Shown piece after piece: positions 31,619 to 40,815 of a stretch of 64,000 nucleotides of DNA. Both the position numbers and the translations under genes were made by a program. The notes under the pieces are model-generated. The model ran no database searches. It was given only the letters and a program-made list of their open reading frames with translations, and was not told the DNA's origin. Positions within the stretch are counted from its first letter, which is position 1, and every line of letters starts with the position of its first letter. Source of the stretch: Ignavibacteriota bacterium. GTDB taxonomy: Bacteria; Bacteroidota; Ignavibacteria; UBA10030; CAVZMI01. The stretch covers positions 32,001 to 96,000 of the forward strand of contig CAVZMI010000006.1 in assembly GCA_963776275.1 (NCBI GenBank). The letters are read 5' to 3'.

Positions 31619-32533
31619 ATGAAAGCGAACAATATACTGGAAATCATAGGCCGGACACCTCACGTGAAGATCAACAGGCTTTTCCCTGCCGGTGTCGAAG
31701 TATGGATGAAACTTGAGCGGGCCAATCCCGGGGGAAGCATCAAAGACCGCATAGGTTTGTCGCTAATCGAGGATGCAGAGAAGAAGGGCTATCTGAATAA
31801 AGACAGCGTGATCATCGAGCCGACTTCCGGAAATACCGGTATCGGTCTGGCCATGGTCGCAGCCGTCAAGGGCTATAAAATAATTCTCGTGATGCCCGAG
31901 TCGATGTCGGTTGAACGTCGCAAGTTGATGTCTCTTTATGGAGCTAAATTTGAGCTCACTCCGCGCGAAAAAGGAATGAAAGGAGCCATCGAGCGGGCAT
32001 ATGAGCTGGTAAAGACAACACCCAATGCATGGATGCCGCAGCAATTTGAAAATGAGGCGAATACCGAAATCCACCGCCGGACCACCGCACAGGAAATTTT
32101 ACAGGATTTCCCCGACGGACTCGATTACCTGATCACCGGCGTGGGAACGGGCGGACACATCACCGGCTGCGCTGAGGTACTCAAAAAGAAGTTCCCTGAA
32201 TTGAAAGTCTTCGCCGTCGAACCCGATCTATCACCGGTCATTGGCGGCGGGAAACCGGGACCGCATGCATTACAGGGACTCGGAGCCGGGTTCATTCCGA
32301 AAATCCTCAACACCGGAATACTGGATGGCACCATACAGGTCAGTAAAGAAGAAGCCTTCGAATACGCAAGACGATCGGCAAAGGAGGAAGGTATATTTGT
32401 AGGAATTTCATCCGGCGCGGCCCTTGCAGCAGTTGCAAAAAAGCTCACTGAGATACCGAAGGGAAGCCGCGTGCTGACATTCTGTTACGATACCGGCGAA
32501 CGGTATCTGTCGATCGAGGGATTATTTGAATAA
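31619..32533 (+). CDS. cysK: Cysteine synthase A
   Basis: [42 protein letters not shown]. Confidence 0.96.
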   Translation: MKANNILEIIGRTPHVKINRLFPAGVEVWMKLERANPGGSIKDRIGLSLIEDAEKKGYLNKDSVIIEPTSGNTGIGLAMVAAVKGYKIILVMPESMSVERRKLMSLYGAKFELTPREKGMKGAIERAYELVKTTPNAWMPQQFENEANTEIHRRTTAQEILQDFPDGLDYLITGVGTGGHITGCAEVLKKKFPELKVFAVEPDLSPVIGGGKPGPHALQGLGAGFIPKILNTGILDGTIQVSKEEAFEYARRSAKEEGIFVGISSGAALAAVAKKLTEIPKGSRVLTFCYDTGERYLSIEGLFE

Positions 32534-32681
32534 TTCTCATTGATAAAAAATAAATAGCTACTGCCACTCTGTGTCCTTTGTGGTTATATTTTATCAATTG
32601 TGAATTTAGAATATTTACCTCCGTAACTATTCGCATCGTCCCTTCGTCGCTATTATGATTCCACATTCACAGGGGGGAAAA

Positions 32682-33113
32682 ATGAGAACAACCGCCGTCG
32701 TTTTAGTTTTCGGATTCATTCTCTTCTTACTTCCGGGCTGTAAAGACCCCGGCTCCGGGCCATCCGCTTCCCCTCCTTCAGGGATGTACGAATATAACGG
32801 CTACGATTCAACCGGTACACCGATCGTCCAGGGATGGTTTACAATCGACCTCAAGGATCAAAATATACTGGATGGCGACTGGCAGTTCATTGCAGTGGGT
32901 GAAACTAAAAATATTGGCCCTCAAATCGGGAAGGGGCACCTCGCCGGCGAGTTTCACAACGACACAATGTCGATCGAGCTTCAGCCCCTTTACCGCGATA
33001 ATAATGTGGGATTGTTCGGCACTCTCCACGGCAATGAATACAGCGGAAAGTGGGTGTATAGTTCTTTTATCGGTATAACCAACAGCGGAACATTTATTGC
33101 GATAAGGAAATAG
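32682..33113 (+). CDS. Lipoprotein of unknown function
   Basis: MRTTAVVLVFGFILFLLPGC lipobox; beta-rich body; purine-rich RBS before ATG 32682. Confidence 0.7.
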   Translation: MRTTAVVLVFGFILFLLPGCKDPGSGPSASPPSGMYEYNGYDSTGTPIVQGWFTIDLKDQNILDGDWQFIAVGETKNIGPQIGKGHLAGEFHNDTMSIELQPLYRDNNVGLFGTLHGNEYSGKWVYSSFIGITNSGTFIAIRK

Positions 33114-33145
33114 ACTTTGTATATCCAATCAAATGAGAAATATCT

Positions 33146-33652
33146 TTGTGCGTTCTCTGGCTGGATGAGATCGAGAAAGGAATCGCTCTCGAGACGAACG
33201 ACGGCGGCGTCTCGCGCCGGATTTTAAGCACACTCCTGACATGGATGGCGGAACGGAAATCATCGGTCTTCCTGGTGGCAACCGCAAACGACATCCAATC
33301 ACTTCCGCCCGAATTGATGCGAAAGGGACGGTTCGACGAAATATTTTTTGTCGACCTCCCTGATGCGGAAACGCGGAAAGAAATTTTTACCATCCATCTG
33401 AAGAAACGCAGCTTGAAACCTGAAGACTTCGATCTTGAAGCATTGGTCAATGCGAGCGTGGGATTTTCGGGATCGGAGATCGAACAGGCTGTGGTATCCG
33501 GATTGTATTCACTGGTAGGTGGTTCAGGCGTGTTGACAAGCGACGCTCTTCTCTATGAATTGCGGGTAACGCGTCCTCTCTCTGTCGTCATGGACGAAAA
33601 GATCGAAGCCCTCCGCGAATGGGCGAGGGATAGAACCGTCTTTGCAAATTAA
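33146..33652 (+). pseudogene. C-terminal fragment of a Ycf46-like AAA+ ATPase
   Basis: Starts at Walker B (CVLWLDEIEKG), has ATAND, PPELMRKGRFDEIFFVDLP, GFSGSEIEQ; Walker A and the N-terminus are absent. Confidence 0.8.
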
Positions 33653-33965
33653 GAAATAATAGGTTAAAATCCCAAGATCTACGCTCAAGGAGTCTGACAA
33701 ATCCGGTTTTCTCCAAATCATTGCAGTATTTTTTACGAGTTGTTCGAAATCACAACACGAAATGCAAGTAAGGCGAAGAGAAAAGCCGAACGAATTGATG
33801 CCTACGACCCGCTGGGATTTCTGATTTCCGATTGATGATTTATGAATAGATATACAGCCTGCTCTTTTATCTACCCTCGACCTTGATCTCAACCTCAAAA
33901 ACATCTTTTTCTTTCATTTTTTCACTTTTTTCTTTATCTTCACCCAATAATTTGAGGCTCTCTAA

Positions 33966-34934
33966 ATGCAATATCGCACACTCGGAAAGACAGGGATTTC
34001 CGTCTCCGAAATCGGTTACGGAGCGTGGGGCATCGGCCAATCGATGTGGATCGGAGCGGATGATAAAGAATCGCTGCGCGCGCTGCACACCGCGATCGAT
34101 AAAGGACTCAACTTCATCGACACCGCAATGGCGTACGGTCGCGGCCACAGCGAACAACTGATTGGTCAGGCTCTTAAAGAACGTACAGAGAGAGTCTTTG
34201 TAGCCACAAAAATTTCACCCAAAAACCAGCGTTGGCCGGCACAGGAAGGGACATCCCTCCGGGATGCTTTTCCCGTTGAACATATCATCGAATGCACTGA
34301 AAAAAGTTTGAAAAATTTGCAGCTCGACTGCATCGATCTCCAGCAGTTCCATGTCTGGCTCGATGAGTGGTCGCTGCAGGATGAATGGTGGGAAGCGGTG
34401 GTGAAATTGAAAGAGCAGGGGAAAATCCGCTTCGTCGGTATTTCGGTCAACGATCATCAGCCGCATTCGGTCATCAAAGCTGCGAAGAGCGGACGAATCG
34501 ATGCATTCCAGGTTATCTATAACATCTTCGATCAATCGCCCGAGGATGAACTTTTACCCTTATGTCAGAAAGAGAATATCGGTATTCTGGCACGCGTCCC
34601 ATTTGACGAAGGAAGTCTTGCAGGTCAGATTAAACCCGACACGGTATTCCCCGAAGGGGACTGGCGCCATGGCTATTTCAGGGGTGACCGGAAACAGCAG
34701 GTATGGGAACGAGTCCAGAAAATCGAAAAAGAGATGAAAGGTGAAGCGGCTGATATTGCGGAATTTGCACTGCGATATATATTGAGCAACCCGGTGGTCT
34801 CGACCGTCATTCCCGGTATGCGGTCGGTCCGTAACGTCGAAAGAAACTGCGCGGTCTCTGACGGACGCCTCCTGACTGCGCAAACGCTTCAACGCATGAA
34901 GGCGCATCGCTGGGTAAGGAACTTCTATTCTTAG
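33966..34934 (+). CDS. Aldo/keto reductase
   Basis: YRTLGKTGISVSEIGYG, FIDTAMAYGRGHSE, VATK, SLKNLQLDCIDL. Confidence 0.93.
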   Translation: MQYRTLGKTGISVSEIGYGAWGIGQSMWIGADDKESLRALHTAIDKGLNFIDTAMAYGRGHSEQLIGQALKERTERVFVATKISPKNQRWPAQEGTSLRDAFPVEHIIECTEKSLKNLQLDCIDLQQFHVWLDEWSLQDEWWEAVVKLKEQGKIRFVGISVNDHQPHSVIKAAKSGRIDAFQVIYNIFDQSPEDELLPLCQKENIGILARVPFDEGSLAGQIKPDTVFPEGDWRHGYFRGDRKQQVWERVQKIEKEMKGEAADIAEFALRYILSNPVVSTVIPGMRSVRNVERNCAVSDGRLLTAQTLQRMKAHRWVRNFYS

Positions 34935-35179
34935 TACCAATTAGAGAAATTGAGAAGTTTTTTATACTCCGTGTTCTCTGTGGCAGTGCCCCTAATATTT
35001 ACTCTGATTTTGAAGACGGGGGCACAGCACCACCACTGTTCTTTCTTAATAGCCTGGTGTTATATTTTATAAAACATAACCACAGAGTACACAAAGTTAT
35101 CAAATAACTAATAAATGAGGACACAGAGTTTAAAATTCTATATTTTATCAACCATTGAAGCTGTAATCATGAGGCCCCT

Positions 35180-35527
35180 ATGCCACTCCATTTGATTCAT
35201 ATGGCGGAATACGATATCACGATCATCGAACCCGACACCGATCTCCTCGGCGGGCCCGAAACCGAGGAGCTCCGAACGACGATCTCGAAACTGAATGAAA
35301 AAGGGAATCTGAAGCTCGTCGTCGATCTCAGCAAGGTTTCATACCTGAATAGCTTTGCACTCGGCGTCCTGACGACAGCCTGCGTAAAATACAATCAACG
35401 CGGTGGATCGATAGTCCTGTGCGGCCTTAATCCCAATGTGATGAATGTATTTCACGCGACACGTCTGACAATGGTATTTAAGATCTACACCGATCAGGAC
35501 GAAGCGATCGATCATCTTATTAACTAA
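35180..35527 (+). CDS. STAS-domain anti-sigma-factor antagonist
   Basis: LVVDLSKVSYLNSFALGVL, GGSIVLCGL, VF..TRLTMVF. Confidence 0.85.
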   Translation: MPLHLIHMAEYDITIIEPDTDLLGGPETEELRTTISKLNEKGNLKLVVDLSKVSYLNSFALGVLTTACVKYNQRGGSIVLCGLNPNVMNVFHATRLTMVFKIYTDQDEAIDHLIN

Positions 35528-35554
35528 TGTTACGTATATTTTAATTAAAGCTTG

Positions 35555-35920
35555 TGCATATGGCATTTTGCACATGCCACCCCTTCGGGGTTTATAATCG
35601 AAACCTGATTTATTTTCTACAAACATACCGTCCCTTCGGGACTCAATCGTCTTATAGGTAGAGAGCACCCACTCCGCCAAGCGTAACGAGGCGAACGGAA
35701 GGTGTGCAAAATATATTAAAACAAAAATCACGAACGGAGAGCACCGGCCTGTCCGCCAACCTGTCCGATGTAGTGGAACGAAGGCGGAAGCGTAACATAG
35801 GCGGAAGGTGCGTAAAATATAATGCCATTGAACTCATAGGTGGAGAGCACCGTAGGTGCGGTATGTTTATAGATCGACGAATGATTTAATTCATTTGAGC
35901 CCTGAAAGGGCGGCATGTGG
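35555..35920. repeat. Composite REP-like cluster with nested insertions
   Basis: ACCCCTTCGGGGT, GTCCCTTCGGGAC and AGCACC..GGTGCG hairpin units; the 49-bp unit at 35804-35852 nearly matches 37622-37670 and 37699-37747. Confidence 0.8.
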
Positions 35921-35935
35921 AGAGAGCGTTTGACA

Positions 35936-36828
35936 ATGGCCACATATAAACTGACAATCGAATACGATGGAACCCGGTTCCGCGGCTGGCAGACCCACCT
36001 GCCTGCCTGCGTGCCTCCGGCAGGTAGGCGCCCCGATTTTAATCGAGGCTCCGGTGACCAGTCCACCGAAGTTCCGACGTTAGTCGGAACGCAGGTGGAC
36101 GCGGCATACAGGGAGAATTAGTCAAAGCGGCAACGGACCTTCTCGGTTCACCCGTCGATATCCAGGGCTCGAGCCGCACCGATGCCGGCGTTCATGCGCT
36201 GGCACAGGTGGCACATCTCATTTCTAAAAAATCTCTCCCCCGTCTCGATATCCAAAATGGGTTGAACGACAGACTCCCTCTCGACATCAACATTTTGAGA
36301 GTCGAGTCCGCACCGAAAAATTTTCATGCCCGACACGATGCGATCGGTCGAAGTTATCTCTATCAAATCTCGAAACGGCGGACCGCCCTCGGTAAACGAT
36401 TCGTCTGGTGGATCGAAGACACGCTCGATACGGCATCGATGGCCAAGGGAATCCGGCTATGTAATGGAATGCACGACTTTAACTCGTTTTGTGATACGGA
36501 CGATGAACAGAAATCGACGAAGGCCCTCGTCGAACAGACGGAACTCCGCGAACTCCCCGAGATGATCCTAATCCGTATTCGTGCTTCGCATTTCCTCTGG
36601 AAAATGGTCCGACGCCTGGTCGGTACTCTCGTGGAAATCGGACGGCATACGATAACGATTCAAGATCTGGAACAATTCCTGACGACAACGTCGAAAAAGC
36701 CGGCAGAATGGACGGCACCGCCGACGGGGCTTTTCCTCGAACAGGTACGATACAAAGGGGAACACTGGTATGAACCGCTGGAACCCATCGTGCAAATTCC
36801 ATCAATCAGATCATTCACCGGTCATTGA
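35936..36828 (+). CDS. truA: tRNA pseudouridine(38-40) synthase with a ~100-bp palindromic insertion and apparent frameshift at 36100
   Basis: YKLTIEYDGTRFRGWQ, then an insertion, then RGIQGEL..GSSRTDAGVHALAQVAH, FHAR, FLWKMVRRLVG, TAPPTGLFL. Confidence 0.9.
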
Positions 36829-37221
36829 ATGGATAATTTGATATATACTCGTCTAAAAATGGATTCCCTTTTTGTCCCTTTCTTTCTGGAAAGAAAGCTT
36901 TACAAAATCGCAACCCGCGTGATATGGCTTCCATCGCGCGCTATTAAAATGGCAATCTTGAGTCCGTCGATCTCGGCCTTAGTATTCGAGGAAAATTCTA
37001 ATGAGTTCTTTCTATGTGCCTCGATCGAAACGCACGAAGTCGCGCCAACACACGGCCCCCCTTCTGGCCGCTGCTCGCCTGCGATTTTGTCGTCAAAGAA
37101 TTATTTACCATAAGAAAAGGCCTTTTTTATTCAACCCAATTTTAAAAGTCAAAATAGAAATACCTTCAAAAAAATTCATTTAAAGCGATTATAATCCAAC
37201 ACAAAAATATATAAGCCACGA

Positions 37222-37575
37222 ATGCTTCCTGAACAATTCGATATCGACCGGGAACTAGTTCGTGCGAGAGAAGCACAATCATCGGGAAATGCCGGAAAGG
37301 CACGGACAGCAGTGCGGCGAGCTGTCGGCTGTGCCTTGAGGTACTGGCTTAAAAAATACCCGCACCCCGATTATCCGGCAGATACAATGCAGCAAATTCG
37401 TCGATTCGTTTCTGAGAAACAGATTCCTCCCGATGTTCAGGAAGCGCTCCTCAGGCTTCAGGCACGAATCAGCGATATGTTTGAATCGTCTTCAATAGAT
37501 CCGATCGATGACGCGTTGATAATTATTACATATATAAGATCAGATTTAGGGATTTCCGATCCAAGCGAAGGTTAG
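37222..37575 (+). CDS. Hypothetical helical protein
   Basis: Clean 117-aa ORF, GNAGKARTAVRRAVG motif. Confidence 0.6.
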   Translation: MLPEQFDIDRELVRAREAQSSGNAGKARTAVRRAVGCALRYWLKKYPHPDYPADTMQQIRRFVSEKQIPPDVQEALLRLQARISDMFESSSIDPIDDALIIITYIRSDLGISDPSEG

Positions 37576-37611
37576 ATGTCGCTTATCAGCCTGAGAGTTT
37601 TCTCATTTGGA

Positions 37612-37920
37612 AGGGAGTACCGAAGGTGCGCAAAATATAATGCCATTGACATCATAGGTGGAAAGCACCGGCCTGTCCACCAAAGCGTAGCGTAGGCGGA
37701 AGGTGCGCAAAATATAATGCCATTGACATCATAGGTGGAAAGCACCGTAGGTGCGACATATTTGTAGACTGATGAAAAATTGAAACGTGTGAGCACTGAA
37801 AGTGCGGCATATGGCAATAGCCTATGGCTTATGTGGCATGCTGCACATGTCACCCTTTCAGGGTTTATATATAAATTAAAATACGTTTTCTATAAACATA
37901 CCGTCCCTATCGGGACTCAA
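37612..37920. repeat. Composite REP-like cluster with two exact 49-bp direct repeats
   Basis: GAAGGTGCGCAAAATATAATGCCATTGACATCATAGGTGGAAAGCACCG at 37622 and 37699, separated by a 28-bp palindromic insert; ends with CATACCGTCCCT.TCGGGACTCAA as near 35625. Confidence 0.85.
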
Positions 37921-37932
37921 TGGGAAATTAAC

Positions 37933-38673
37933 ATGATGAAAGCTGTGATTCTCGCCGCCGGAGCAGCGATGCGGTTACGTCCGATTACCGACGCGATTCC
38001 AAAATGCCTGCTCCCGGTGGGTGGCCGGCCTCTCTTACAGAGAACTATTGATGCACTTTGTGCCTATGGAATTCACGACATCATTATCGTCGTCGGATAT
38101 CAGGCTCAGTCGGTTATTTCGTTCTGCAACAACACATACCCAAGAAAGGGACTGACATGTGTAGAAAATCCCATCTATGATACAACGAACAATGCATATT
38201 CGCTTCTTCTGATACAGCAGTATGTTCTTGATGATGAGGTTATTCTTCTCGACGGCGATATCCTTTTCGATCCGCGGCTTATCGGGCATCTTCTTTCATC
38301 ACAACGACAGAATATACTTCTGCTTCGTCCGAGCCATTTACTCGGCGCAGAAGAAATCAAAGTCCTGACCCATAACGGCAATCGAATCCTCAGGATTTCA
38401 AAAGATCTAGATCCCAGCCATGCATCGGGTGAATCGATCGGTATTGAACGTTTTTCAAAGCAAGCGGTCCGGAAGCTTTTCAAAATTTTACAGCGACGAA
38501 TTCACGAAGAGCGAAGGGTCGATGAATGGTACGAAACAAGTTTTCAGGAGCTTATCGATAATGGCGAGGAAATATTTGCTGTAGATACGGCAGGACTTGC
38601 CTGCATCGAGATTGATACTGCGGCGGATATCGAAACCGCCGAACGTGATGTCCTTCCACTGATAGGAGTATAA
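37933..38673 (+). CDS. LicC/IPCT-like phosphocholine or sugar-phosphate cytidylyltransferase
   Basis: MKAVILAAG...RL.P.T..PKCLL, NP.Y.TTNN.YSL, LDGD, GESIG, EIDTAAD. Confidence 0.85.
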   Translation: MMKAVILAAGAAMRLRPITDAIPKCLLPVGGRPLLQRTIDALCAYGIHDIIIVVGYQAQSVISFCNNTYPRKGLTCVENPIYDTTNNAYSLLLIQQYVLDDEVILLDGDILFDPRLIGHLLSSQRQNILLLRPSHLLGAEEIKVLTHNGNRILRISKDLDPSHASGESIGIERFSKQAVRKLFKILQRRIHEERRVDEWYETSFQELIDNGEEIFAVDTAGLACIEIDTAADIETAERDVLPLIGV

Positions 38674-39546
38674 ATGGCCGGTCAAAATACTTATCAATAT
38701 GAGGCTTCGATCAAATCGCGCCGGTCGGATGAAATCATCAACACATATCTGATTCGTCCGATCGCTGGGAAGATCGTTCGATTGCTTTACACCACATTCG
38801 TGACTCCAAACCACTTGACGATTGCAGCGATTGTAGCAGGATTACTTGCAGCAGGGTGTTATGGATTCAGGACGTATACGGGTACAATCCTGGCCGCAAT
38901 CCTCATCGAAGCGAAGGACATTCTCGATTCAGCCGACGGTCAGCTGGCCCGTGCAAAACAGATGTACAGCCGCCGCGGGAGATTCCTCGATTCATTGGGA
39001 GATATGCTTGTTAATGCTGCCTTGTTTGCCGGTCTGATCATCAATCTGCACGGAGGATTCACCATAATCGTTTTAGCAATTACAGGATTTGTGGGAATGA
39101 CTCTCCGCGTTTCATATCACGTTTTTTATCATGTTAAGTATCTTCATCTCGAAGAACAATATCTTGTGAACCGTACAGACGAGACAATTTCCGAAGCCGA
39201 CCGAAGAGCGGATCCGGTCGCTCTCCTTCTGCAAAAAATGTATCTTGTCATTTACGGTTGGCAGGATCGTCTTATGGCGGGAATCGACCGGTGGTGTCTT
39301 GGACGGAAAAACATTGCGACGTTTTCTCCGCATCATGAGGTCATGATCCGGTGGTACAAAAATACCGTTGCGCTTCGACTTTCAGGATTTCTCGGATTAG
39401 GGACCGAGCTTGCTTTGCTTGCGTGCTGTTCAATTCTCGGCAACCTTCTGATCTATCTCCTGTTGAACATTTTCGTGATGAATATAATTTTTATCTTTAC
39501 TATTCTATACAGAAAATTCATTCTCTCCCGTCTGATTACGCAGTAA
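38674..39546 (+). CDS. CDP-alcohol phosphatidyltransferase family protein
   Basis: TPNHLT, DSADGQLARAKQMYSRRGRFLDSLGD signature; starts right after the NTP-transferase stop. Confidence 0.9.
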   Translation: MAGQNTYQYEASIKSRRSDEIINTYLIRPIAGKIVRLLYTTFVTPNHLTIAAIVAGLLAAGCYGFRTYTGTILAAILIEAKDILDSADGQLARAKQMYSRRGRFLDSLGDMLVNAALFAGLIINLHGGFTIIVLAITGFVGMTLRVSYHVFYHVKYLHLEEQYLVNRTDETISEADRRADPVALLLQKMYLVIYGWQDRLMAGIDRWCLGRKNIATFSPHHEVMIRWYKNTVALRLSGFLGLGTELALLACCSILGNLLIYLLLNIFVMNIIFIFTILYRKFILSRLITQ

Positions 39547-39570
39547 TCAAACGGGGTTACCGTGTTAAAT

Positions 39571-39598
39571 AAAAAGGCCCGGTAATCGAAGCCGGGCC
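39571..39598 (-). terminator. Intrinsic terminator between convergent genes
   Basis: GGCCCGG / CCGGGCC stem with A5 on the + side (U-tract on the - strand). Confidence 0.6.
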
Positions 39599-39627
39599 GG
39601 ATCATAGATAATCGTAATCGCCGAGAA

Positions 39628-40638
39628 TTAATGTTTTGCGTCTTTGAACGCCTGTCGTAATTCGCGGTATCGTCTGAGCTTTCCCTCGATTGAAGCGAGA
39701 AGTGCTTCCGGTTCGAGCGGCTTCACCAGATATTCATCGACACCCATTTTTCTTCCTGTCCGTACCACCATCTCATCATCCATACCGCTCAGGAAAAGAA
39801 ACGGGACATTCACAAACCGGTTATCCTTCCGGAGGCGTTCGTAGAACGTAAATCCTCCGATACCCGGTTTCGGGAAATTGATATCGGAAAGAATAAGGTC
39901 GGGGATACTCGAAGAAAGAATGTCCATCGCCTCTTCAACGCTCGTGGCTGTGACCACAAGATATCCTTCATCAGAGAGCGTATTTCGAATCAGCCAGAGA
40001 AGCTCTTTATCGTCATCCACAACGAGGATTTTTCCCTTCGATCGATCGGCTCGAAGCTCAAAAAGGATTCTTCCTTCAAGTCCGAGATGCTCTTCGACCG
40101 TGATAAGATATTTCTTTCTGAGATCATCCAAACCTGCTGCGGCCGTATCGATTGACTCGCCTTCATGCCATGCCGCTTTAATAGCATGCAGATAAGCATC
40201 GATCTGCGCTTTCTTTTCCATTCTCTGATGAACTTCCTCGGGAATTCCAAGCCGTACTCGCAGCTCAACAAGCATATTTTCTTCTTCAGACGATTTTTGT
40301 CCGTCTTCCCACACATTTTCTATCCGCAGCTGGTATTCACGGAGCGCTTCTTCTGAAACTGCCGGTGCTTCCTGGTAGGCTACCTGTTGCGCCTGAGCCT
40401 GTGCCTGTGCTTGAGCTTGTGCCTGTGCCTGTGCTTGTTCCTGTTGAGCCTGCAGGAGCGCGGTTCGTATACGATCAGCGTAAGCCTTGGCAAAAATATT
40501 CGTCGGATCAATTTCCACAGCTTTTTGAACCTCTTCCTCCGCTTCTGAAAATTGTCCGGCTTTCAATAAGCCATCCGCTGCTTTAAGGTGTTGACCAAGG
40601 AGTGCCCGTTTACTGGGTGTCAATTCTGCCGCTGCCAT
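39628..40638 (-). CDS. Response regulator with C-terminal receiver domain and helical N-terminal domains
   Basis: KILVVDDD, PDLILSD, FLFLSG, GVDEYLVKP; N-terminal TPR-like helix pair and (QA)n linker. Confidence 0.85.
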   Translation of the reverse strand: MAAAELTPSKRALLGQHLKAADGLLKAGQFSEAEEEVQKAVEIDPTNIFAKAYADRIRTALLQAQQEQAQAQAQAQAQAQAQAQQVAYQEAPAVSEEALREYQLRIENVWEDGQKSSEEENMLVELRVRLGIPEEVHQRMEKKAQIDAYLHAIKAAWHEGESIDTAAAGLDDLRKKYLITVEEHLGLEGRILFELRADRSKGKILVVDDDKELLWLIRNTLSDEGYLVVTATSVEEAMDILSSSIPDLILSDINFPKPGIGGFTFYERLRKDNRFVNVPFLFLSGMDDEMVVRTGRKMGVDEYLVKPLEPEALLASIEGKLRRYRELRQAFKDAKH

Positions 40639-40815
40639 GATGTTCCCAGGATGAAATGAGGGTCATTTAAATATTTGTTTTTAAATATAGAGAGAGAACC
40701 TTTGAAAGTCAATAGAATCTTCATAAAATGTAACAAATTCATGGATTTGCCGTATAGCGTAGAGAGGGTAGAGTTTCACCCTGGAAGGCGATTTTTTATC
40801 GTACGGGAGGGTTTT

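Noticed and set aside
36829-37200. Short ORFs and a possible element between truA and the 37222 gene
   Set aside because: No recognisable motifs, RBS, repeats or convincing structure
35690-37760. 49-bp direct repeats as a CRISPR array
   Set aside because: Only two adjacent copies plus one distant copy; the spacer is itself a palindromic repeat; no cas genes in the window
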